This document shows positions 52,092-64,000 of a stretch of 64,000 nt of DNA, in pieces. The first letter of the stretch is position 1. Every line of letters starts with the position of its first letter. Below the pieces are notes generated by a model. The model had not been told where the DNA came from and searched no databases. It worked only from the letters and a program-made list of their open reading frames with translations. A program made the position numbers and the translations under genes. This stretch comes from Phoronis australis (taxonomy: Eukaryota > Animalia > Phoronida). Location: assembly GCA_002633005.1 (NCBI GenBank), contig NMRA01000369.1, positions 280,918-344,917 on the forward strand. The letters are read 5' to 3'.

Positions 52092-55000
52092 TTAATTTGT
52101 TAACTGTAAGGCGCACAACTGGCCGTTGGTAAGACCTACCATAAGCTGTTTGGGCTTAAATTCACAGATAGACAATACCGAATGATCAAAGGCGAATGAA
52201 GCTATACGCCTGGGTTGATGAGTGTTACTTATGTCCCATATCTGTAAGATTTTATCGTAGGAACCAATAGCCACAAAGCCACAACTCATGGTGCAAGCCG
52301 AAAGAATAGCTCGTTTTAACCCACCATCAAGAGTGCACAGAGATTCGCCGGTAGAGACGTCCCACAAATCTGCATTACAGTGAGTGGCGTATGTGAGAAT
52401 GATTTTTGAGTTGACTATGTGAGAAACAGGCCCGAATTCTCTTTGCATGTTGTACGCAATGCATTTGGATTCCCCAGTCTCAATGCTTATTTCAGCATAA
52501 TACTCACGTCCAAATGCACACATAATTGTACCAGCGTCGGTAAAGAACATGCTTTTTAAGTGAAAGAGGTCATTGGTACACAGAGTTTTGATAATTTTGC
52601 CACTTTCCACATCACGTATCTCAATAACGTTCTCGAAACCACCCACTGCGTACACTGCAGAACTGCGATACGAACCAAGAGCAAGACAAAGCGCCCCATA
52701 CTTCAGCCAACGAATGGCATCAACCCTCTCAAGGTTACCAGTGACTAAATTCCAGAAGCACACAGATCTGTCCATGGAACAAGTCAACAATCTTTCGCCG
52801 CCACACAAATACAGAACACTTGTGACTTTACCAGTCTGTTCTTTCAATGAGAATATACGACTGGTTCCCTTGATATCCCAGACTTCGACTTCAGCTTCAG
52901 CTGAGGAAACCGCGACAAGACATTTGTCATTTATTTCGCACAAGTCTATGCTCTCAACGGAACCGTTCAGTGTTAAGAGCTTTTTATGTGGAGATGAACT
53001 CAAGAGGTCAGAGGAAACTGTCCAAGCCCACACGACACCGTCAGCACAACCAGCTACAAAATATCTCCCCGACGGAGACACTTTGATGGCCTTTACCATA
53101 CTGCCAGTACAAAACGACAACTCAACAGACTTTGAAGGTTGTACCCTTCCATTTATGCACGCGACGTAGCCATGAAGAGAGCCTGTCCATATGATGGAAT
53201 CCGTACTTCCTGCATAGACCGCTGTAACTACATCGCCAGGCGTCCTATGGGGAGAATACAGGCGTCCTTCAATGTCTTGGGCAACGTAAAGTAACCTAAT
53301 TTTATTAAAATCAGTAAGGTTAGAGACAAATCCACCAACTTCTTTTGCCGGTGAGCAACAATACGGAACCTTTGATGTCATAACCTGAGTGGTCGACATT
53401 ACGCAAGTGAGATTATTTTCGTGACTGCTTTTTACTTCCAAATCCCAAGAAACTACTGCGCCGTCAAAAGCAGCCATGAGTTTTGAGCACTCTACTTTCA
53501 AATGCCTCACATTAGAATGCTGATGACAGTCAAGCTTAAAGAGAACAGAGAACTGTTCCATATCGTGGGCAACAATGAAATTGCCATATGAACCACTGAA
53601 CATGAACTGCCCGTCATTGTAGGTGCACAGAGCCGTAATACCAAACCTATGGGAATCTTTGAATACATGCACTGGTTCCTTGTTTAATGATGTCAGATCC
53701 CAGACACAAATATTACGGTCTTCACTGCCTGACAGAGCAACTAGCTCATATTTCGGATTGCTGGACACAACAACTACATTAACCTTATCACTGTGTCGAG
53801 CTAGCGTTTCCAATAATTCCATGCTAGGCCACTCCCAGACTTTTACAGTTTTATCTCTACTTGCTGAAATGATACGATTGCCCTGAGGTGAAGTAGCCAC
53901 GGCGGTAACGTCCAAATCATGCATCATTTTCTCGTTATCGGCAGGCCTAATGCCATCACGTGGGTTGGACTTCCATAAAATAGCCATTTGTCCCTGACCA
54001 CCAGTAACAGCAAGCTTATTGTCATCACTTACACACAAAGCCCTAACAGCTTGACCATGGCCACGGAATGCTCGTTCCAGAGTGCCCTCCTTCAAATTCC
54101 AAAGACGAGCAGTTTTATCATGACCTCCAGACAAAATAAACTGACAATCAGCAGTTATGAAACATTTCAGCAAGTCCAACACATGACCTGTGCAAGTAGC
54201 GCACAAATCGCCAGAAAAATTCCACACCTTCACAAAGCAGTCTTGTCGTCCTCCAGTTACAATTGTTTGATTGTCGGAAGACACACACACAGTGTTTACG
54301 CCGCCTTTGTGACCCTCCCAAGATTGTTGAGGTTGTCTGATGTCGAGTTCATAGTCCCACATCTTTATTAGTCCATCCGTCTCCCCACCAACAGAAACAA
54401 TGATGCACTTTCCATCTCTGTCAGCAGCCGCCACTTCCCGCACACCATGAATATGAGCTGGACTAATGGTAGCTACACATGGATTACTGCAAGGAGGAGA
54501 ACGCAAACTCCATACACGAATTGACTGATCAACACTCCCAGAAACAATAATGCCCCTTTTAGGATTGGTTGACACAGTTAACACTCCACTGCTGTGTCCA
54601 CAGAAGCGCCTGAAATAAAAGGTTGAGCTGCCCTTAAGCGGCCACAAACAAAGTGTAGAATCCAGTGAGCCAGTGACAATGTATCCGACTTGTTCTTCAA
54701 CAACCATGCAGGTTACTGTTCCAGTGTGCCTCTCGTCACCTGTTCCCATAATTTTTACATGGCCAGTTTTCAACTCAAAACGTCTAAGCTGGTGGTCACC
54801 AGAACCAGTGTACAAATATTTATTGTCTTTGGAAAAAGAAGCGCATGTCACAGCAGAAAAATGGCGAAAACTCTGTATACGATAGCCTCCAGGTGAGGTG
54901 AAATAGTGCTCATCAGATAATAACATTGGTGGCTTGTTGTCAATGTATTTTCTGATGCCTTCCAAAAAACGTGTAACTTCCACTGACTTGTGCAAACCAA

Positions 55001-58000
55001 GTCGACCCATCAATTGGGAACACATTTGATCCTTGAAAGTGGATAATATGTGCCTAGACAGAAGGAGAGACTCTTGAAGAAGGAAAGACTTTTGAAGGTC
55101 ATCTTCTGTGATAAATCTTGTGCAATTTTTCAGAATCATAAAGTCTTGTAAAACTGCAGTTATGTCTGTCAACAGCAACTTACGATCAAGCCATTCAATA
55201 TTCCACAGAAGACGTTTGAATTCAGCCTCCTTACCAGCCTCAATAAGATGGTGACCTAGATACTTATATATGTACCCATCATCTTCCTTGGTCCACCACT
55301 CAGGCAAATTATCAACATCTTTTGGGACATTCTCAGCATAATAGTCGACAAGCTTTTCATGACATTTCTTCAACCTCTTAGGATCCTGCTTGCACAGCTT
55401 GTACTTTATGAACTCCAAAAGGAGGTCATGAACAGCACAATAATACTTGTCATTACGGATGGATATAGTGAGGAATGATTTGTCAGCTAAGACATGAAAC
55501 TGATCGTAATGCTCTATACTCAACTTGTGTGATCCAATGTTTGCTGGATTTGACATTTGACTTTCCCAAATCTTAAACAGAACTTCTAGGGAAATCTCTG
55601 TATCCACAGGAAGGAGAGCTAGATGAAGACATCTCTCTTCGAGAGATATTTCCACATGAGATGATGCTGGAGCATGTAAACTTAAGACCCCAAAGGAAAC
55701 TTCAAATGCATGGTAAATGTTTTTGTAGCCATAAACAACATCAGGGATATTTGTATTGCTTTCCAAAAAAGTTTCCTTTGCGTATTTTAGACGTTGATAA
55801 ATATGTTCCCAGTCAGACAAAGCGAACTCATTCCTGTTTAAGCTGCTGCCAATCAAGACTATGGCAAGAGGAAGGCCTCCAAGGAATTCAAGAATATTTT
55901 GTACTAAATCTTGATGGTTTTCAAATTTGTCCTTTTTTACCTTTGCACAACTGAACAGCAGTTCATGAGAAGCCACATCATCCAAACATTTCAATTCATG
56001 CACAGAACCGTAAAGACATCGGATTATGTTTTTGTCTCGAGTCGTCATAAGGATCTTGCATTTCCTAGCCATACATGTGGCTAATGGAGCAGCGTGGTCA
56101 AAGTGCCAGACATCATCAAGAACAAGAAGAAATGGAAAATTGCTTTCAGAATGCTTCTTTAACCAGTCGGCAGCGTTTTCACTGTCAGAAAATTTGCCCT
56201 CCGAACCAGTTAGGTCTTGATGAATCTGATTGAATAGTTGCACAATATTTGGATCTCGACCAACCGTGAGCCATATAACACGCAAATTGTATTTCATGCT
56301 GTTACACACCTTAAGGGCCACAACAGTCTTACCAGACCCTCCCATCCCCCATAAGCCAACTATCTTAGCCGTCTGTATTTCTTGCTTTTCCTTGTCTTCC
56401 TCTTGTTCAAGTAATTGTTCAACTGCCTTTACATCTTCTTCCCGATGAACATAGTATGGTGGCATGTTTCTTACTCGGAATGTGTCAAATTCATCTAAAA
56501 TAAAGATTTCAAGTACAAATGACATTAAGGGACCTATTTATCAAGAACATTTAAAGTGGCTATAAACTCGTTTTTAATCAAAAATACGACTTTTGATTTC
56601 GACCAGCCACCATTATGAAGTTAGTCTCAAAAATTCCCTTAGTCACGTGCTTCAAAAGAACTAACAGTTCGCTATTGTTTGAGACCAGGTTGTAAAAGTT
56701 GGATCATTGTGGTATGTTATTTTAGGTAACCAGCATTGCTTCAAGAAATAACGAACTGTCCGTTCCATGCAAACTCAGAAATGACCCCTAGTCTGAGTAA
56801 TGAACAAGTTGAGAACAATTAGAAAGTGGGAAGAGGACTTAGTTAGCCTCTTAAATGAAATATGATTTGATGGCCGTTTTAACAGGGAATATTCTTTCAA
56901 CTGGCAACCTGCACATGAAGATCAGGAGACGTGTACATTAACACAGAGTAAGTTAGTTTTAGATGATATTTCCTCGCAAAATAGCAAGTAGTTTTTATAA
57001 CTGAAAGTAGATCACCTGCAATTGATGTGAAGTTTGAGGTCACTTGACAACTCTTGCCAATTTCAAGCATGGAAATGATTTCCATCATGGCATCTAAAGA
57101 ATTTGTATGATTGGGTAACTTAGGACTATAATTGTTTTAGGCAATGAGTACGCAAAAAATTTCTACTGTTAAAGCAAAACTATTTTCATTCTTGAGAGAC
57201 TTTTCAGAAGCATAATTATAGCCCTTTGCCTAGATTTTTGATTAATCTGTTATAAACTGCAAAGAGAATAATTAACAAGTTCTAAGCATTACAATGTTTT
57301 TCACATTACCTTTTGATTCCTGGTCATAACTAGCACAGCAGTCCTGCAATAACTTGGCCAGGTTTCTCAATGTTTCTTCATTGCTTATGCTAAAGAATTC
57401 CTGGAGTTTTGTAAAAGCACAATCGCTCTTTATTTGAAGCATTTGCAATAGTTCTTGAAAACCCTTTTGATAGTCAACATCGACTAAGTGCTCAAGTCGC
57501 AACTTTTCATCTTCCTCCAAGAATCCTTCCTATAAGAATATAGCAAATATAGTGTACTGAAATGAACATACTCGGTTACAACTTGTAGTGAAAAATAGGC
57601 CACAGTCCCAGCTCTCACATCCATGGCTCCTTCAGGGGGCAACGGGAACTTTGGATCAAATTCTCTAAATGTTCAAAAGTCATTTTCAACAAAGTTCTCA
57701 AGAATACACTAGCACGTTTAGTAAGAACCTCAGTTTAAAAGTTGAAAAAACAAGTTTCAAATATTTTGCTAGCCACTATAAGTGGCAGAGCAGTATGATC
57801 AGAACAGCCAATGAAACGAAAGTATTGTGTCCATGCCATTTCTAAGATGACTGCTTCCTGATTTTTTTGTGCTTCTCAAACCAAACAGGAGTTTTGAGCC
57901 AGATGTGACACTGCTGAAACAATGAATTACTGTATAAGTGCATGAATTATTGACACAGCAATATAGTGTCAATATGTATGCCCATTATATTCACGTCTAG

Positions 58001-60249
58001 GATTCTGCTCACAATTTTGAGCTCATACTGTGAATAATAAGCTTACAAGGAAGTCAAACATTTCTAAAGATATGCACGGCTTGCTCGTCCTTCTGAGCAG
58101 CTTTCATCAGGATTAAAGAGAGCGCGTTGCTGGAGTTGGATACAGTTGTGATGACTGCATTGTCCGGTGCAAATAGTCTTTCAATCTTGTTTAACCAGAT
58201 TTTTGACCAGGAAACAGTTGTACTTAACTTGTGCTCACAATTAACTAAACTAATTTTTTTTTTTCGCTAGCGATCAAAGGCTACCACTGTTGTGGTACTT
58301 CAAGTTTAAAAATTAAATAAAAAGTTATCAAACCGTCCTCGGCAGAAGAAAAAAAAAGTAGACAGGAGTATTAAAAATTAAATAACGAAAACCAGTATGA
58401 AACATATCTAAAACTATCATTCAATTGGGAAGTGGCCCTCTGTGAAGATAAAAACATATTAATTTTTAGTCATTCTGTTATTTAAAATGTACCAAGTTAA
58501 AAGTACTATCCTAAGTTTCAGGTTGTAACTCTGTGCAAATGTTAGAGAAAACCAATTTGGGTGTAATAACAACCATTGCTGAAACAATAGTGCTAGCTAT
58601 TACCTTTTCACTTGATTAGCTCATATCTACATGGATACAAAGGGCGTGTTAAATAGGCATCATAAAAGTTGCCTGGGGCTAAGGGAATCTGAGTGGTGAC
58701 CAGTGTAAGCCAGAAATTTTCCACATGTTCAAGAATTTACAGGCATGACCTGACTCCTAAGTCAACTAAGTCTAGCTACTGATTTTGCAAACTAGTGGAT
58801 TGAGGAAAGTCTCATTACTGAAAAGTTTTTAAGTTTTTGTGACAAAACAGAACAAATCGATCACAAACAGTCTAGTGTTACAGAAATTTACTGGTGTCAT
58901 AAAAATTGAAAGACATCTTAAACAAGGAAAAAGATTTAGGAGTTCTAACAAGAAAACATTGAGTTAACGCTAAGCCCTGAGTGCTCAAAGAAAGAGGCAT
59001 GTAGTGCAGAAACTTTTCCAACTTTGAAACATTGCCAGATAAGTACCTTAGTTGAAAAAAAACTATGAACTTAATTACGGTTATAAATCTCATTTTTCGA
59101 ACGTAGACATTTTTCTTATTTTGCTTAAGGCCTGAGCTTGTCCCTAATTTTGGAAATTTGCACTCAATTGGCCATCCCAAACTCAAAGGCACTGATCACT
59201 AACTGCTTTTTATGAACTTCCAAGCCTATCAGACTACGATATGTCGTAACATATAGTGTTTGAAATTTGACACATTTAAAAGGCTAAAATCACCCGTGCT
59301 CCAAGTTTCGGAATTAAAAAAATCAATTTTGCATTACGTACCATTATGCTGGATTGAAAAAGTCAAGAAATTTCCACATCAGGATCTAATCTAGAACCAC
59401 GCTCAGTTATACTTGTCAAGCACACCTTTTGTGTGCTTGACAAGTATAACTCAACGTGAACCCTAACCCTAACCCCAAACCAATTTGCGGAATTAATCTC
59501 AGACAGTTTGAACATTTGTGCAAATTCACACAATGCCCTCAAAACCTTAAACAATGATGTTACTGACTCAAAACACAATCGACTTACCAAACTTTGTGAT
59601 AGGAAATTTACTTATTTGTTGTGTAACATGTCTTAACTTATTATTCGCAATATCCATTGGTGCTCAACATTTTCAGGTTAAGCTGTTTGTACACAAAATA
59701 GACGACGCGGCTGCAGTATATGTAACCTTGGTTTGTTTCTGGATTCGCCCAGAAGGTTCACTACTCTGGTGGTTCAGTACAAAATTTCTGACTCTGTAGG
59801 TGTAGTTTTTATATTTCTATATAATTATGCAAAAATAAGCGATACTTCCACTATTACCAGTAAATGCAGTGGTATACCTACTGGAAACAAGGTCCAGGTA
59901 CTAATTACGCTGTGTTTGACAATTGCCATTCCTGGGGCTTCAAATCATGAATACGGCAAAATGAGTACAAACTCGCGCTTTTAAAACAATATATTAATGA
60001 ATCATTAACCATGATGCATTCATCAAATCTATGACCTGATCGCAACATTTCACAACATGACAGAAAAGTTTAACTGCTGCACCTCACCGGAACTGCATGG
60101 CCTACTTGTGCACATATTAAGTAACTAAGAACACTTTTATGACTTACCTGGTGCAAAAACTGAGTGATTATATACAGATCATCACCACTAAGATCATCTT
60201 GAAGTGACGAAAGCGATCTACCCAGTGACAGTTTGTGATTTCTTGTCAT
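52092..60249 (-). CDS. Apaf-1-like paralog B, intact: CARD-NB-ARC-HD2-~21 WD40, 1574 aa. Exons: 60249-60148, 57529-57310, 56494-52092.
   Basis: Spliced N-terminus MTRNHKLSLGRSLSSLQDDLSGDDLYIITQFLHQ|EGFLEEDEKLRLE..FQELLQMLQIKSDCAFTKLQEFF..LRNLAKLLQD is CARD-like. Motifs GMGGSGKT, LLVLDDVW, ILMTTR, GLPLAI, VHDLL and YIYKYLGHHL follow. Intron phases 0 and 1 are consistent. An acceptor at 60267-60268 implies a further upstream exon, so the start codon is provisional. Confidence 0.92.
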
Positions 60250-63200
60250 TGGTTTGGTAGCAGCTTCTAAACGAAACAAACATTAGACAAAATGACTTAA
60301 GACTTGTTTTATGAAAAAAAATAATAATAAAATATCACTCATCAGTCATATGTTAAATTGCTGTGACTTTACCCGACTGCCTAAACATGAAAATCATGAA
60401 ATAGACAGAATACCTCCAACAAAACAGGGACTCAAGACTTAAGTCAGAAATTCAGTATTAGATGCTCCACACAACACAACTATTTACGAAAACTAATTAA
60501 ATCATACTTGAGCAAAAGTACAAGGTCTCTGAAAATATAACCCTAAATTTTAATTACTGAGATAAGGTGTATAAATTGTTTTTATACAGAGAAGTACTAA
60601 AAATTACACCCACACCTGAAATATTCTTGATCAAATGCTGCACATCTGGTAACAAGGAAAATGATAAACAAGAATGATTATAACTTAGGAGACTTATAGC
60701 CCCAAAATGAAGCTTCGAATTCTAACATTTAAAACTTATGACGTCAGGAAAGTAACAAAAAATGAAACATTGTCCTGCTCATTCAAAGAAAAATTACAAA
60801 TAAATGAAATCTGTTAGTTTAGATAACTTAAGTACAACATGTTAAAAATGTTAACCATTAAAGATACTATTTTCTTTTTTCCATCATTAGTATACAAAGT
60901 ATTTATCAATCACTGATCAACTAAAACAGAAAAAACTGTAAATTACATTATTTTTACAGTTTTCATGTTCCTTTACGTATTTATTATAATTGTTAATAAG
61001 AGTGAAATCAGTCAGTGTCACTCAATTTCAGCTTCAATTTCAAGAGACACCATCATGAATTCATGAATTAAAATCAAAACTTTATTTTGAAATTTTGATG
61101 CCACATTGGACGACTACCATTTAGTAATAAGTCATTGACCAAATGGTTTGTCGTAAGACATGTTTTATGAAGTTTTCAGAGTCTGTGAACATCAAACTGA
61201 CTTACCAGTGCCACTTGAGAAAATATTTTCTCCAGACATTGTTAATCTTTGTCACAGAAGTTCTGAAACAAATCACGTTAAGATTAAAAATAGCTGGTTT
61301 CTCAAAATTCACCAATTACAACAGGGGGATTTCAGTCACCAATTAAGACTTTGCCACTAACAGATAAAATTAGTGAAAACATATGTATAATTCTTACTGG
61401 TTTAATTACACGTGTGCAGTGATAAGGTATTTTAGTTTGAAAATCGAGTAAGGTAAGAAAACAAGAATTCAAAAACTAGGGTCATCAGTTATATTAAAGT
61501 GTAGCAAGCACTCAAATGTGTGGAAATAGTACAGTACATACCAAAAAAGTCACACAAAAGGATGGGGAACTCCCAAGTTATGATGTCTGAATGAACACAA
61601 GCAACATTTCCACACATGATCAGTGCAAACGAAATCCACCATCATCGTAGTAGTAGCTCGTATATGACAAGTCATGACTGGTAGGGCTAGTGACCCCCTC
61701 ATGGGGAAAGGAACTTTGCTTGGTTATTTTGGCAAGTTTGAGACCAGCTGGGGTGTCAGAAAAAGAATGGAAGGGGGGGTCAAAAGAGCTGACACGTCAG
61801 AGAGTGTCCAGGAGTCCGGCAGAGTCATGCATGGTTAAGAGTGATAGGAAGTGGACAGATGCCGGCAGAGCTTCATTGATTACAAGTCTAATTCAAAATG
61901 TTCAATCCACCCTTGGTCTTAGCTTTCCATAATTTTCTGTTCATTTCAGCAATACTTGACCATCCTTTTGACTCAGTCAACAAATTAGTGAACACTGCAA
62001 GTATCAAGGCAATATGATGCGTCAACTTGACTGCATCACAGAACCATAAACAGATCCATGCATTGCAAGTGGTTATCTTTGCTGTAAATTTAAGGATAGA
62101 GTCTCAGAGATTTCTGCAAAATGGCCTCTCTGCCTGTTCAGCAGTAAATTTTAATAGTGACTGGGACTACAAACTGCAGAGGGACGGAATCATTATCAGG
62201 GGGTATTTGACGGAGTACGAAGATTTCATAAAAGGTACACGAACTACTTACGCCTTCTGTCAGAAAAAATCGAATTTTTGTCATGCACTGTACTCGTCTT
62301 ATTCTTTTAACAAACGATTTCCAGGCTCGAGAAGTACTGGCAGTATATCACTTCTTGAATTTGGATGTCTTGATGGCTGTTTGTCAAAGACGTTTTTAAT
62401 TAGATTCAACCCTCAAAGCAGTATGGCTGTCAAGATAATACCAGGTCATCTTCATAATCAATTTCAATTCCAACGCATGATAACACGGTATCATGACTAC
62501 TGTACGCACTCCTTGGTGACTGGTGGTAGAATGATATGTAAGAAACTTAGCAAGCCAACTATCGTTATAAAAATATTCTCAACTTCACTCAGATTAAAAG
62601 TGATTTCTGCCAGAGGCTTGTCACGGGTAAATATAAGTTTCCCTGTCCCTGGTAAATAAATTTCCTGACCACTGACTCTTGGGGATATATAACCCTTAGC
62701 TTTATGCAATGGTTATGGTGAGAATTTTCCACGTAGGTTGCACTGATTTGTTCACTAGTTGACAATTTAGTTAAAACCTTAAGTAACTTTTCATAAGTTA
62801 AATGATTTAAATTCCTCACATTACACTCAGGTCACTGCCTAAGCAACTTCGAAAGCTCAAAAAATACCACAACAGAATTAATGAATAGTGAGGTCTTAAG
62901 TTGAAACTTTCAACTATTTATGAACAAAAGGCAATCATTTGACTGTACAGTTGTACACAAACTAAAAAGGACTACTTCGGGGAACTTCCCATCCAGTTTT
63001 GTAACAGTGCACGGCAGTGGCCTGCTTTAGTCAGCTGTAATACAATCACTTAAGCCCACAGCCATGAATGGAGAAACAAACTTAATTTGGTCTTAATTCG
63101 ACACAGTTAGTTAAACTTGAAAAACTTAGTAAAGAGTACTCCTCTCAGTTCAAATGCTTGAATTTCAAAATAAGAGCGATTGAAATACCTCACCAGGCTC

Positions 63201-63974
63201 GCCGTCGAGTTGGACTCGTCACCGGCGGTGGTCGTCAGTTGGCGACCAAGAAACGAAAGTTTCAGTTTCGATTCCTCATACCATACTAAAAACAAACAAA
63301 TGAATCAACTTCCACTAAGACGAATATCAAACCAAAACATCAAATTATCTTGTTACCTGTTTCAGTACTAGACGGTGCTTTGGTGGAGTGCGACTTACAA
63401 TATCAAATTTGCAGTAGCTACCGTCAGTTCGGGATTTCCCGAAAACTAAGTCACAATGATTGTCACAGTGAGCATGCGCAGTTATGGTCAAAGATATCAA
63501 TGAGATAAATATAGCTCATTGCGTCTGATAGCCATGGGAATAGAAAGGATTATATACGAAAATCGCAAGGGACTGTCGTTGACTCAATACGAAGTTAGAT
63601 AACTTGAGCTAATGTACTATCGTAGTTTACGTTTTAGCTATTTAAAGTAAACATTTAATGACATATAAAGAGTTAAGTAATAATTTTCCAAAAAAAAACA
63701 AGTAATTACTGACTTTTACTTATGCTTCCCCCTCAAGTTCAAGGCAGTCACGGTCGACTTCACTATCAAGGATTTTCCCTACGAGTGCCGGCGCTGTCCT
63801 GGCAGTGAGACCAGACTGTAAAATTTGAATTCTGGTACTCGCGATAGAGTCTGCGCAATGGCCATGCAGCGAATAGTCACGCAAATTGCATTGCGTGAGA
63901 TTTGACTGAGGTAATTCTGAGTCGGCAAAATTTGAAAAAATCTGTCATATCACATATTCTCTTCGAAGTTTTAT

Positions 63975-64000
63975 CAGTGGCGGATTTAAGGGGGGGGGGG
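63975..64000. mobile_element. Left end of another hAT-like MITE, cut by the window edge
   Basis: cagtggcggatttaaggggg matches the termini at 24669, 5536 and 17345. Confidence 0.55.

Noticed and set aside
35141-56448. Numerous plus-strand ORFs overlapping the large genes
   Set aside because: Antisense shadows of long coding exons, with no motifs or splice support.
56495-56525. ATG at 56525 as the start of the 1477-aa protein
   Set aside because: It lies just upstream of the acceptor at 56495-56496, and the upstream CARD exons splice in phase.
34528-56525. Bacterial STAND/Avs anti-phage system or horizontal transfer
   Set aside because: Spliceosomal introns, CARD exons and Apaf-1-type HD2 motifs point to a metazoan origin.
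58041-58200. Extra exon in paralog B intron 1
   Set aside because: The open frame hits a TGA before the gtaag donor, and the CARD is continuous without it.

Overview
AT-rich, intron-containing animal genomic DNA, probably from a marine invertebrate (the species cannot be determined from the window). From left to right it holds: (1) the 3' half of a CPT1-like carnitine acyltransferase gene (+, stop at 8597), with two homologous, frame-incompatible exons that each encode the catalytic-His segment (candidate mutually exclusive exons); (2) a complete VAMP4 gene (-); (3) a ~1.2 kb tandem duplication joined at an N; (4) a 3-exon SE-cephalotoxin-like secreted protein gene (-) with one in-frame TAA; (5) two tandem Apaf-1-like CARD-NB-ARC-WD40 paralogs (-) with ~21 WD40 repeats, one intact (1574 aa) and one with an in-frame TAA and transposon-filled introns. 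Transposable elements include an AcademX derivative with TAG...CTA ends and an ATA target-site duplication, a LINE RNase H fragment, a CR1/L2-type 3' end and several MITE families. All gene models were assembled by hand from GT-AG sites and reading-frame continuity. Family names come from recalled motifs, not from database searches.
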